A stretch of DNA of 64,000 nucleotides from Azolla caroliniana (lineage: Eukaryota > Plantae > Polypodiophyta): positions 14,446,001-14,510,000 of the forward strand of contig JBHGNT010000007.1 of NCBI GenBank assembly GCA_043228905.1. The letters are read 5' to 3'. Below are positions 1 to 13,200 of this stretch, in pieces. Under the pieces are notes generated by a model, which was not told where the DNA came from, searched no databases, and was given only the letters and a program-made list of their open reading frames with translations. The first letter of the stretch is position 1. Every line of letters starts with the position of its first letter. The position numbers and the translations under genes were made by a program.

Positions 1-396
1 ATCTAAAGTAAATGTAGCTTTATTTCATCATCATGTTTTTGTTATCTAAAGTAGCTAGTAATAAACATAGACCTAGACAAAGTACCTTTTTAAGAGATCA
101 TTAAGACCTCCATGATCTTCTTGAATCAGTGATGCATGTCATCAATGATTCTTGTTTTTTCATATGTATGAGTACATTTGTGTACGAGCATAATTAGGTT
201 GTAGAAATAATTAAGGTTTCCATACAATTCTTCTTTTGTCACATAACCACCAAATGACAAGCTAGTTTTAGTTTGTGACAAACATACATCTACATGCTAG
301 GCATACAAGACTTTTGTGTGAATTGATCTTGTTTTTTGTTTGTTTTTGAAATATTAACCAACACCTTTCGCTTACCTAAACATTTTTATGTTACAG

Positions 397-606
397 GACA
401 TAAGACCTCCGATCCCGTCTGATTGCCCTCCACAGTTGGAAGTTTTGATGAAACAATGTTGGTCTACAGATCCTTCTACAAGGCCAGAATTTTGGGAGAT
501 ATTAAGAACATTGAATTTGTTTCAGCAATCCCTTGATAGTGGCATTGTGACATTTGAGTCACCCCTTCATGAGAGATGCTTACCATCATGGTTAGATTCG
601 GAATAG
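397..606 (+). CDS. Terminal exon of a Ser/Thr/Tyr protein kinase (Raf-like MAPKKK type); rest of gene lies upstream of the window
   Basis: Acceptor ttacAG at 395-396, then DIRPPIPSDCPPQLEVLMKQCWSTDPSTRPEFWEIL (kinase subdomains X-XI, CW...P..RP.F), stop TAG at 604-606. Confidence 0.85.
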   Translation, partial: DIRPPIPSDCPPQLEVLMKQCWSTDPSTRPEFWEILRTLNLFQQSLDSGIVTFESPLHERCLPSWLDSE

Positions 607-2149
607 AAATTTTGGGTTATATATAAAAATCCTCCTTATAAAGTCCCTTAGGCCAATGGACAGAATTCTTTATTACTTACATAAGGGCATTTTTTCCCTT
701 GCCTAGTTTACATAGCCTAGTATTGTACATATAGCAAAAGGTTTAATTAGAGCTCAATTTGAGTTTATCCTATTGCGGATTGTTTCTCACATCAATTTGT
801 GAAGTTCTAGGTCATGAAGTGGTATAGACATTGTAGAGGAAGTGCTAAGTTTAAATATGAATTATTTCATTCTTGTAGTTGTATCGACAAGGACAAGTTT
901 CTAAAACAATAAAAAAACTTGGATTGTGGTTGTCCCCTAAGAGTTAGTGGCAACTATCTCTTGATTGCTTTGATAGACTAAAAGTTATTGATGATTGATA
1001 TTTTGGTGAACATTATCCACAATGTGGGGAAGGCATGAATGAATTACACACAATAACCGAAAAAGAAGCGGTCAGCTCATATTGGGTCAATTGGATTTCG
1101 ATATACATTTGTTGTTAAGTGTGTGCATTCAAAGCCTATTTAAGAATATCTTATTAAATAGCTTTTTCATGAATAAAATGTGCCCTTTTCCTATTCAAAT
1201 TGTAGCCACTTGTCTTCTTTGCTTTGCATCTATGAGGTGTCTAAAAACAATATTATTGCTTCATTAATGGAGAGCATGTGCAAATATTTGACAATACTGG
1301 TGTGGTTCCGTTCCGTCAATTCCCAATTATAAAGAATTTTTCAAAGTAGCGACTTAAGCTTTTCTATTATTACACCAAATTGGGGAGCCTTGGTGACAAG
1401 CGTGTAGACAATGTTGGGATGGGTGTGTCATGACCTCTTTGGAGGTTTGGGCCCCAAAATTACGTTACTCTTTACCTTTTGGATCTGCAAGATTATAGAC
1501 TCATCACCAACGGAGACAATGATTCGAAATCAACTATACATTCATAAGTTTGAAGAGATTTCTAGATTTTGCGTTTTTTTTTTCAAGCTATTTTCACATA
1601 CACAGTTTAAGATTGGGATATTACAACCACAAATATAATTGTATAAATTTAGGCATCCCTTTTAATTGACCTTTCTAACTTTTCCACGAAAGAACCATCA
1701 TTTACCTTGAACTTTCCCTTTCTTTTCCCTTTCTGAATTTTTTTATTTAAGTGTTGCGAACAAGTAATGGGCATTCCTACCAATAAAAATTAATCACGAT
1801 ATCATATGAGACTACATAAAACAACTTGTTTGATTACTGAAGGGGATGTGAAAATGTATTCTAATTCAAACAAAATGGTATTAATTTTCTTATCTTTGGT
1901 AGGTAGTTGATGCACATAATGACAATAACTTTAAGAAATCTAGATATTTGGTGTGGCCCACAATGTCATCCTTGATCTAAGCAAAGATAAGCAAAGAGAA
2001 TAAACCTTGCTAAAAGATAAGGGTAATTATACGTTTTAAGAAACATCTAAGACTAGGTATACACCTAACCATGACTTTTCTATATCACGACATAGTTCAT
2101 GTTTGCTCATACTAATTAACCTTATTGATATGATTCATTAATGTTGAAC

Positions 2150-2510
2150 TTAGAAGTGGAAGCTGTTCCAATGACGTGGTTACTGCTCGTTTGTGCTTTT
2201 GGCAGAAATGGCGGAACACGCCTATGGTGACACAAGGAGGAAGTGGCCTGAGGTGGAACTACCAGCTCCCACGCTAGCTGTTTCAGGCTCACTTACCACC
2301 CTCCCTTCGCTGTCGACCCCAAGAGGTGTCTCGCACTGAAGGGCATCAATTTTAGCTATAGGTACTTACATTAAGTACTCAGTCTGAAAGGCGATGTAGC
2401 TAGTCTCATTTTCTTGAACCTAATCGGAGGGAGATTCCTCGATCTATGTATAAGCCTCCTTGTACAGTCTCTTTGTAATAATCCTTCCTAACTAATGGGA
2501 AAGTAGCTTC
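2150..2510 (+). mobile_element. Degenerate 3' end of an L1-type LINE
   Basis: Translates to RLCFWQKWRNTPMVTQGGSGLRWNYQLPR*LF, similar to the LINE ORF2 C-terminus at 5020-5271 (KWGGSPMV...KWIYQPPRWLF). Confidence 0.55.
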
Positions 2511-3444
2511 ATTTTGGAAAAAAAAAGTGGAAGCCGTAACAAATAAAATGTTATCAATATCCTTATACATTGGATGTGATTAAAGGAATATTAAATAATA
2601 TTGATATCCTTAAACAAATATTAACAAGCTCTATCACATGACCTAACATTTGAAAGATGATAGCTAGAGGATTTTAGAGCACCAATGATTGCAAATTTTG
2701 GTGTTGTACTCTTCGAAGTTATGACATTTTCTATAGAAAAGCAACAATAAATTTACTAAGATTTGAGAGAAAAAGTTGGGAATTTTTCCAATTGCTTTAA
2801 AGGCTATAGGTTGAGTTGAACTTTTGCCTATGAAAGGAGAGAGAAGAGAAGCACAAGAAACTGTATGCAAATGCACACTTTCTATTGTCTTAATATATAT
2901 ATCCAATAAGAGATTTTGGAAGTCATCACTAGTTAAATCTAAAGAAATTATAGTTTATATATTCATTCGTTATTCAACGCAACTAAACTCGAAATAAGGA
3001 TATGGTGGCCGACTTTGTACTTTGCAACAATAAGTTGGTCAATTCAATCCAATATTCATTGGTATACGTTTGTTTTTGGTGTTGCACATGAACAAGTTGA
3101 TCATAAAAGTCTCTTTACAAAATAAGGGGCTCTTTTTAAAAAGGCTTCCTAGTTTGAGTTTGGGATAATGTATACTAACCCTTTGCTCCTAAAGGATGCA
3201 CTCTTTAAGGTCCCTTTTTTTTGCAACGTAACATTATCAATTCTATGGAGTTAATGTTGCAACCTCACAAAAAATTCAAAGAGAGCCTTATATTTAGATA
3301 TTCTCAAATATGTATTTAGTTGTTTACAAGAGAGTTCACTAGCGGTGCAATATGTGTTCAATAAAATTGTATTGGGGTCTCCTAAAGTTATCCATTACAA
3401 ATTACCCCAACATGGAGATGTATAAAGAAGCACTAATGATCTTG

Positions 3445-3835
3445 CATAGTTGTTAAAAAACGTGTATTCTATCTATGTTTAGAGTTACATTTTAGAACTG
3501 CCGTTTTTTAAAATTTGACGTATTCTAAAAATTTGACTATTCCACGTATTTTACATATTTAACAAGTATTTATCATTTCAATTTTTTATTTTTATTTTTT
3601 TAAATTCTATTTTTTTAGAAAAATCTTTAAAATTTAAAAAGTATTTAACGTATTTTACAAGTATTCTACACATATTCTAAGTATTTAACGTATTTTACAA
3701 GTATTCTACACGTATTCTAAGTATTTAATGTATTTTATCTATAAAATACGTATTATAAGTATTAAAAAAAAGCTAGAATACATAGAATACGTATTCTACA
3801 CGTATTTAATGCTAAGTAAGTATTTAACAACAATG
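3445..3835. mobile_element. hAT-type MITE (391 bp)
   Basis: TIRs CATAGTTGTTAAA / TTTAACAACAATG (1 mismatch); perfect 8-bp TSD TGATCTTG (3437-3444, 3836-3843); internal GTATTCTACA/CGTATT repeats. Confidence 0.85.
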
Positions 3836-4257
3836 TGATCTTGGCCTGGGTAATGAAAGGGGTATAACTTATAAGGGTTGTGATCCATGTGCACATAATC
3901 TTCGTATTATGCACAATGTATTGATTTGTTGCTTGTGAAACTTTTAATCGTTTCAATAGGAAACAAAACATTTTCTTTGGCCTTCCCAACTTAAGTGTGA
4001 CATTGTCCACTACATGGTGCTAGGTTGGCTTGACAAAGCCAACTAAGGGAGGCAAAGGAGATGGAAAAGCATGCTATATATTATTCTTGCATTTTACAAA
4101 GTAGGAGGGAAAGGGCATTGAGTGGTGACCATGATAAAGAACATTCTTTGGTGTTCTTCTCATATTGTTCATCGTTCTTGTTCACAGAAAAATAAAGTAT
4201 AATTCCTTTAATACTTCAAAATATAAGTTGCACTCTTAGAGGTTTTCAAACCGTGGA

Positions 4258-4568
4258 AAGCACCATTGGTCAACAAAACTAATTGTTTCATAGAGGGAGA
4301 ATATATATAACTAATAAATTATTACAAAACTTAATTAGCACATTTCACGTGCCGATTAAGAATTTTTCCCAAATTAAATGTACTTAGATGGATAACGAAA
4401 CAGAAAACAAAACTAATTAAGCACCATTGGTCAACAAAACTAATTGTTTCATAGAGAGAGAATATATATAACTAATAAATGATTACAAAACTTAATTAGC
4501 ACATTTCACGTGCTGATTAAGCATTTTCCCCAAATTAAATGTACTTAGATGGATAACGAAACAGAAAA
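4258..4568. repeat. Tandem duplication, unit ~160 bp
   Basis: AGCACCATTGGTCAACAAAAC...GGATAACGAAACAGAAAA occurs twice head to tail. Confidence 0.85.
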
Positions 4569-4699
4569 GAAAAAAGAAAATTTGGTATGGCATTCTTTTC
4601 TTGACCTAAGGGTAGATTATTATCTTAAAAACTAGAACCATAAATTGATTATCTTAGAGTACTATGGCAAGTTTTTTTTTCCAAAAATTTACTACTTCC

Positions 4700-5275
4700 A
4701 GTAGTAAAGTCAATGTACATAGGATATTATACATCTCATATTGTACATGTCAACTTGCATGGCTACGAAGAGACAAACAAGTACAAAGGAATCAACAAAA
4801 AATAAGCTAATAATCATCGCACCAAGAGGGATGAACAACCTTCTCGTCATGGATACGAGCCACAAAACCTATGAGTCTCCCACCAACCGTCCCTCTGAGT
4901 TGTGAGCCACATATGAACCTTAGACAAAATCGGATTTCGAGTATAACAACATGCATTCGATGAGCACAATATTACTCGACAACATACCCTCAACAAGGTG
5001 AGCCTCATACGACCCTAATTCAGCATAGACATCCTCCAATCTCCTCACGTGGCAACACCCACCTATTTGCAATGTTTGGTGCCTTCGGAGGGAACAACCA
5101 CCGTGGTGGTTGATAAATCCACTTTCCATTGCCATCCACCATCTGTACCATAGGCGAACCTCCCCATTTCAGGAGGAAATGGCCTCTAGCTTCTTCACTA
5201 GTGTCCGAGGTCCCTTGATTGCTTTCAAACTCTCCTTGTAATGTAGAAATAAGATAAAACCAGATCATCATTAAA
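4700..5275 (-). mobile_element. 5'-truncated L1-type LINE (ORF2 C-terminus plus 3' UTR)
   Basis: ORF 5020-5271 IWFYLISTLQGEFES...FLLKW resembles the ORF2 end at 10002-10212 (IWHMLITTLRAQYE...FRKRW). Confidence 0.6.
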
Positions 5276-5299
5276 CTCTTACTTGGTGGGGTTTGTCAA

Positions 5300-6188
5300 G
5301 ATAGATAGATAGATAGATAGGTAGATTATATTATCGTCTTCGGAGGTCAAATATGACCTATGAGACCAAAAATATTACATCTCATATGATATGTGTGAAA
5401 GTGAGTAGTGACTATCGATGTTCAAGAACTTTACCAATGAATGTTGCAATCGAGAGTGCACATTGTGGTTGTGAGAGAAATTTATGCAAGGGTTGGGCTT
5501 GATCGAAGACACGTGGAAAGCATGGTTGCATATGATCAAAGGCAGAGCATTGTATCAAAGTGTGATACTTAGATTCACGAACTTGTTTACGGAAAAATGT
5601 GCATAGCCGGTCACTCTCATCACTTGTGCCCTAACGCCCTGTCTCACATCGCAATGCATGTTGGCTAAGTCGCATGGAAGCAATGGTTCGAATGGTAGAT
5701 AATAGGATGGGCTATAACATGTATTGATGTGTACGGTTTCCCTGTTCTGTGAAGAATGTGGTTTTGTAGTTAGGTGCAACATGTGTAGTATAATGTGTGA
5801 AACGTGAGCCTCCACATTTGTCCCATGTCATGATACATTGGCGTTGCAAAAAGGCATCATTTATAGAGGAATCTAGTGATGCATCATGAAGCAAGTGTCT
5901 TGCATCCCATCTACCAAACCGTTTTCCTATATCTTGCATCCAACTGGAACACAAAATTTTGTTTTATGCGTCTTTTGGATCTTTTTGCTCGCTTCCCATG
6001 CAATTCTAGGAAGTCGATGTGAGGGACTTTTTTGAACCTTAAGCATGTATTCAACAACCGTTTCCATGGCCATGATCTCAATGGGAAGCGATTCTGTCTC
6101 AAGGAGGAGGAGGGTGTAGGGCGTTTGTTTCTTAACTTGTAGAAACTTTGTAAGGAAGTGTTTTTTGACATTTTCAAACTCTTTCCAC

Positions 6189-6245
<57 letters not shown>

Positions 6246-6360
6246 CGAAAGTTGAAGGGAGTACTAATGTGACAATTTTCTTTATTGGAGCAAGTGGAAA
6301 TCCTTTCCTCGGTGGAATGTTCGTCTTGCCTATTGGCAATTCAACATGTTCCATTACCCA
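5300..6360 (-). mobile_element. Degenerate RTE-like LINE 3' portion ending in a (TATC)n tail
   Basis: Minus strand gives SQHALRCETGR*...RLCTF...ESKYHTLIQCSAF (C-terminal LRCETGR/CCHC region of RTE-like LINEs); (GATA)n at ~5300-5325. Confidence 0.6.
6191..6243. repeat. (AG)n microsatellite
   Basis: Perfect AG run. Confidence 0.95.
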
Positions 6361-7240
6361 TGTAGTGTAGTGTAGTTAGTGGGTGACCATACTTAATGGT
6401 CACACCCATTGTAAGTAGTGTTTTTACACACCCAATGTAAGTAGAGAGAGAGAGTGTGTGTGTTAAGACAGAGAGAGAGAATTGAAAGGAAAGTATTATA
6501 TTGCACTATAAGATGGATTACAAAGAGTATGCAACATGGAGCTCAAGAATGGTGTTGAACCAATTAGGTTTTCGGATGATTAGTAGATCCCTATTTATAA
6601 GTCCCTATAGAGTATTCTAGAAGGTTCTAGAATATAGAACACTCTTGAATATTCTAGGACATTCTAGAATATTTATAGAGTATTCTAGAAGGTTCTAGTA
6701 TATAGAACACTCTAGAATATTCCAGGACATTCTATAATCTAGAGTAATCTAGAATATTCTTATGATATTAGATCATATATTCTAAAAACTATACATATAA
6801 ACATATCTTTACAATGGTGAAGGATTTGACACGTTGTCGTAGTGTAATTCGCACACTACGTGAAATATGTAAGAATTATCTGATTAAGTATGAATAAAGA
6901 AATAAAAGAAAATATTAAAATATATGTTACATGCATAGGGCAAGATTCAAACCCTATACCTCCATGTAAACAAACCCCAAACCTTACCATTGTACTAACA
7001 TATCAGTGATCTAAGTATAGATTTAATAGATATAAGACTTATATTTACGCCTATTTTATAAAAAGCAACCCATGCACATTTAGAGTGCGTAAAAACTTTA
7101 TTTAGAAGAAAAATGCAAATAAAGAAAAAGTTACTCATGCAAGTCTAGAGTGCATGAGTAGTATATTTAGAAATTAAAAGCATGGTAGAAAAAGCTATTC
7201 AGGGACATCTAGTGTGCATGAACACTGTAGAAAAACATTA

Positions 7241-10212
7241 TTTAATTCCCAAGGATGGTAAAGATCTAACTATACTTGATAATTGGCGACCTTTGACGAT
7301 TCTCATTAATGCATATAAGATCATGGCTAAAGTTGTAAGTAGTCGATTGAAGACGGCCCTAGGGGACATAATACATACTACGCAAACTGACTTCCTCGAA
7401 AACTGGAGCATTGTTGACAATGTGATAACTTTTTGGGAGTATTCAGCATGGGCAGAGGAGCAAGGAGTGGACCTAGCAGTAATGTTACTTGATTTCGAAA
7501 AAGCATATGACAGGATCTCATGGAAATTCCTAGAAGCAGTGATGGATGCCCTAGGCTTCGAGCAGCAATGGATCCTTGGATTGGCTGCCTTTTATAGGGA
7601 TGCTTCCAGCCAGGTTTTAATGGCTGGAAGCTTGGGGAAGAGCTTTAGGATGATACGATCGGTACGCCAAGGATGCCCATTGGCCCTGTACTTATTCATT
7701 ATTGTAGTGGAAGGGTTGCATTATCAGATTAGTGATAGATATTGGCAAATACAAGGCCTTCCCCTACCCGAGGATGTAGGAATGATGCTTGATACAAAAT
7801 ATGCTGATGATACAACAATCTATGTTAAGGGGGATGCAAACAACTTGGACAGACTACAAAGTGCAATAAATGAGTTTTGTAGGGGGTCGGGTGCGAATAT
7901 AAACTGGAATAAATCTGTGGGCATTTGGATTAGCAATAAGCCTGTGGTAAATTGGGCTCCAAACCCTAATTTCAGATGGTTGAGGAGAGGAGAAGCTACT
8001 AGATACTTGGGTTTCAAAATCGAGATGGACATTGATCGCTCAAAACACTACACTCTACTTGTGGACAAAATAAAAGCGAAGTTAATATGGTGGAATGCAA
8101 GAAAACTATCCTTTGCTGCCAAGATTGTGATTGCAAATCAGGTTCTAATGGCCACTATATGACATACTGCGGCATGTTGGATAATCGCACCCAAGTCGAT
8201 GAAATTGATAAAAAAGTTGATCAGAAATTTCTTATGGGGGGCACTGAGGAAAAACATGCTTGTGTAAAGGTTGCATGGACTACACTCATAAAAGATAAAA
8301 GTGAAGGTGGGGTGGGACTAATAGATCATGTGGTGCAAACGAAGGCCTTGGTAGGCAAATTGGTGGTCAGGAGCTTGCAACCACCTGAGGCACCTTGGAA
8401 GATTCTCTGGCGACGCAGATGGAAGATGTGGTTGCCAAGACATGGTGGAAGTTGGCCAAGTAGCGCTTTTTGGGGGTTTGTGCCTGAAATGCGACCCAAA
8501 TACCGGGGATGTACACAGAATATATGTGCTGTTGGAATTATGAAGGCATGGAATGGAATAAGAAAGGGAATCGTTTGTAGGTGGAGAAATGATGCATATG
8601 CTCGAATGTACATGCCTATTGTTTGGAACCCATTAATTAGAGATGTGGATGGGCTGATGATAGGACAAAAAGCAGGCTTCAAATGGGCCAATTTAATCAA
8701 TGCCCAAGGGAATACATTGGCAGATTGGAAGAGATTTCTATGTAATGATGTGGGCACTCAAAATGCTAGAATATGGAGGATAAACATGGGTAAATGCATG
8801 CTAATGAGGATGACAGATGCCTTTGCATGCAGCGGGCAAATCTTGGAAGATGCAACCATAAGTCCCTCTGAAATGGAATGGACAGGACTTATCGATGCTG
8901 AAAATTATCTAATTGGAATTCAGGGAATGAAAGCCGGTTCTAATGAGGCATGCTACTACAAAATAGAGCATAGAAGGGTAATATGTGAGTAACCAGCCTA
9001 TCAAACTGAAAGGCCGATTAGGTTGCTTGCAAAAAATGGAAAGGCTATGATAGTTGACCCCGAGCCGAGTGAGCTCAAACCAACGACAATGTGTTGGCCG
9101 ATAGAAGGGCATTCAAATACGCTATCATGGGACCTCGCGATGTATTTCTAGAAAACTCAAGGTCAAAGTGATGGTGCCAAGTTGGTGCAATTTTTCAGGT
9201 ACAACACGAAAATCGGGAGGCAAATTATCCTAAAACAAGAACACCAAGATATTGCAGCTTGTAAATTTTGGATACAAGAGGGCATTAGTGAAAGGAGATT
9301 AGCTAAATTCTGGAAAATGATATGGCATGACAGTGGTGATTGCAAGATAATGATGTGCTTATGGCTTATTGTGCATAGAGCCTTGCCAGTAGGGGCGTGG
9401 GCTAAAGGCCCCAATGTAGACCCTAGATGTACTTGTGGACAACTAGAAAGCATTTCCCATTGTCTCTGGGAATGTCATGAAGGTATGGTTGTATGGAGAA
9501 GGGCATTACAATTGCTTTGCCATGCCTCTAGCTCATTTACCCTCAATTGGGGACATGCTTGTTGGAATTGTCTTGATGATGACGTAGAGAAATTTGATAG
9601 CACATGTACAACTATGTACAGAGGGGAGAATGGAACTATTCGATTGATCACTGGTAACAATGCACCTAGAAGTAATGCCCAGAAGCAGAAAATTGAAGAT
9701 CTATGGATGTTGCTAGCACCCATAGTATGAACCATACGTACCATACGTGCATTCGCATTCGCGAATGATTAAATCATTCGCGAAAGAAAAACACCCTCAA
9801 AGAATGATAAATATCATACTTTTGGATTAACTATTTATTATGAGGTAGATAAGCGTAAAAATAAAAAAAAAACAAAAAAAAACATTAAAAAAATGGGAAA
9901 AAAACAAAAAAAAAACACAAGAATGTTAGGATAACATTCACATTCGTTTTCCAAAGTAGGAAAACGAATGTTATACTACACGAACACGAATTTTACGTAC
10001 TATGCTAGCACCCATTATCATATGGAACATTTGGACCGCAAGATGTACCAGGGTATTTTCAGCAAACAAACGGCCTACAGCAGAATCTATTAAGCTAATA
10101 TGGCACATGTTAATAACTACATTGAGGGCCCAATATGAGCGGATTGATGGAATAGATGATGCTTCAGATTTAATGAGGCTGAATTTTAGAAAACGATGGT
10201 GTACTAAAGAAA
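7241..10212 (+). mobile_element. Internal L1 LINE ORF2 fragment (RT plus zf-RVT) inside the 5' LTR of element A
   Basis: NWRPLTILIN, LDFEKAYDRISW, SVRQGCPL, YADDT motifs; C-terminal CxC...ESISHCLWEC; stops and frameshifts. Confidence 0.9.
9721..10004. mobile_element. hAT-type MITE (284 bp) inside the L1 fragment
   Basis: Ends CATAGTA / TACTATG; perfect 8-bp TSD CTAGCACC (9713-9720, 10005-10012); LINE frame LLAPI resumes after it. Confidence 0.85.
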
Positions 10213-13200
10213 GGGTTGATTAATAAATTATATTCGTGGGATTCCCGAATTTGCCATCTATTTCTCTCTTGCAATCTAAATTCATATGGTTGTTGATTTT
10301 TATAAGGGTTGATTAATAAATTATATTCGTGGGATTCCCGAATTTGCCATCTATTTCTCTCTTGCAATCTAAATTCATATTCTTTCCTAAACATTAATTA
10401 AGACACTATACTCGTAGGATTCACGAGTTTCATATCTTTCTTTCTTATAATCTATTCATATTCATAACTAAACTCGTCTCAAATTATTCCTCCTCCTAGT
10501 CCAAAACCCCAGCGGTTCCCAACCGACTCACGCAACGATCCAGCGCCGAAAGGCACGACACAGTTGGTGAACTCGACGTGTACATGGGTGGCAAGGAGAT
10601 GGAAAATCAACAAGAGGCTAACAATATGATGACAATGTTCGAGCGGATGCTACAAGAACAACGCGCGATGTCGGAGATTGCGGCGGCAGTAGAGCGGCTT
10701 GTGTAACGGAACGAGCAATTCAACGGGAAGGATGTGTCACGTTATTTGCGGGACTACAAGGCGGAGATGCTACGGTGCGGAATATCGGAAGGATTGCAAG
10801 TGACATCCTTCAATCGGGTGGCTACGGACGGGCTTCAAGGGAGTATCCACGGGATATGACAACAAAATCCGATGTGGGAAGCGTTTGAAGAAGCGCTGAA
10901 GAACACGTTCGCTACGAGGACTCTTCCAAGGCAAAGCGGAGGGGATTCAAAGATTGGATGGAAATGCCGGACAAGGGACTGAAGGTCCTTGATGTGTTTT
11001 CGGCATTCGAAAGTCGATTTGGGAGGTTGTCCGCAAGAGATCAAGCTATCCTCACATTGCACAAAATGATCATGTTCTTACAAGCCGTGGATGTCCGAGA
11101 CTGGGAAGACCTTGGAGTGCTTCTAGAGGACATGACTACTGAGAGTAGTGGCCTTACCAATACATGGGAAAACGTGCGGGACATTGTCATGCGATACACA
11201 AAAAGGGGCCAATGGCTTGGTAATGAAGAAAAGAGGGTTTCAGAACCGAATCCGAAAATCAAGATCCGGATTGGAAGACCATCAACCATGGGCTCGGGAG
11301 ACTACGACCGAGAAGGGAATCGATGCAACCACGGTGGAGCAGTTGCTGAACGAGATGGAGAATCTGAAAATCATAGTGGTGAAGAAGTTGGAAGACTGTC
11401 CCACAAGTTCCAAGTATATGGACCGTCGGTGCATATGGTGCGATAGCACTGAACATGATCGGAAGGATTGTGATGAGCACAAGGAGACGCTATGATGGGA
11501 TCTTATCTACTACGAGGGAAATCAGATTCATTCGATGGACTCTCGGAAACCACTCCGGCCGAACTTCCGAAAAGGCGGCATGAAGAAGGTCCTAGAGGAG
11601 ATAGTGGCGAAAAGAAATTATGCGACAACTGCGGGAATACGTGTGGGGGAGTCATCTGGAGCACAGACATCTTTTTGGCCGAAAGTGCTAGAAATCTCGG
11701 AGAAAGTCGCTTTTGATGAACTCCGGAGCACTGCGGAAGGCATTCGGGAAGCTATGGGATGGGAGTGCCCCGTAGATAAGAATAACATACATGCATTATG
11801 TCAATTGCATGAGGTGTATGTAGATGAGAAATGATGGTGCACGGATGATGCGGCCAGGCCATCAGAGACACCGGAGAGTTGGAACTCTGAAGGGAAGGGG
11901 AAAGGAAAAACAATTCCGGCATTCAAACTCGCTTCGGACATCGAATAAAGGACGGACCTAAAGAAGGTGTTCGAAGAGAGAATCCTTGATAGTCTGGTGG
12001 AATTTTTTCTCGTTGGGAATTACTCGGAATAACAAAGAAGGAATTCCACAATCTTCTTGTCGATCTCGTAAAACGAAAGAGACAAACTACGGAGGAAAAT
12101 GCTCCAAGGGTGAATGAGAATACCGTTCTAATGAATGACACGAAAGTGGAGGATGAAATTCCGAACTCCCACTACACAAGGCCACACTGGGCACACGCAA
12201 CTACGGTCCGATTCGGAAACATCAAAGAGCCCATACTAGCATTGATTAATCACGGGTAAGAGATCAATTTGTTGTCCAAGGAGTTCTACCAAAAGGGGAA
12301 ATGGCCTATAAACACCAGCCATGGATGGAAGATCCGGGCAGCCACAAAAGCCACGAAAGATCTATTTGCGGCTTGTCCGGATATGACGGTGAAGATCGGA
12401 GATGTGGAGATTGACCAAAATTTCTTTGTTCAAGATGAGGTCTCACATTCCGTGATCCTCGGGCAACCCTTTATCACGGCTTCACGGATGGAGACAAAGG
12501 TGCTCGATAGTGGAGCGGCTTTTGCATGAATTTGGAGCCAAAGCAGAGGGAAAACCATCCAATTCCTAACTATGCCATCGAATCACGAAAGGAACAAGAG
12601 AGAGCTCTTGTCCCAACCAAAAATGGTTTTTTAAAGTGGATTGTTGCGGAGTGGGGAAATGATAGTCCGAGAAGCCCTAATACCCCACATAGGAAGAAAA
12701 CTCTCAGAGCAAAACAAGTATGAATCGGTCTGGATGGGGCATGTACATACACGGACATAACCGGAGTAATGAAGAAAGAATTCCGAAAGGTGCAAGATGA
12801 GTTATGGTTTGCATCAATCATAAAAGAAGATGAAGAAATCGTGGGAGTAGTCAAAGAAGTGTTCAATGGGAGCACACTACAATGGCTTGAAGAGCTTGTG
12901 GAAGAGAATAGCCAGGGAGACTGGGTAGTCCCGGTGGAATTAGTTGAGATTTACGAGATCATTGCGAAAATGGGGCCGGATGCGCTCCGCAAAGAAGAAG
13001 CAATGGTATGTACAAAATATAAGACCGTGGAAAAGAAGGTGAAACTGTCCGCGGGACCGTTACCCGCCAATAGCGAACAAAAGAGGAAAGAAGTCTCGAG
13101 AGATCTGACACTTCGGAAGTCCGTGGATATCGGACATGCCTTCACGAATGAAACCTGGAAGAAACTTCGGATCGGTGGAGGTGGGTTCCTCTTACAGAAC

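Noticed and set aside
6436-6813. Independent solo LTR (TGTAA...TTACA)
   Set aside because: No TSD; better explained as half of the chromovirus LTR that continues at 19643
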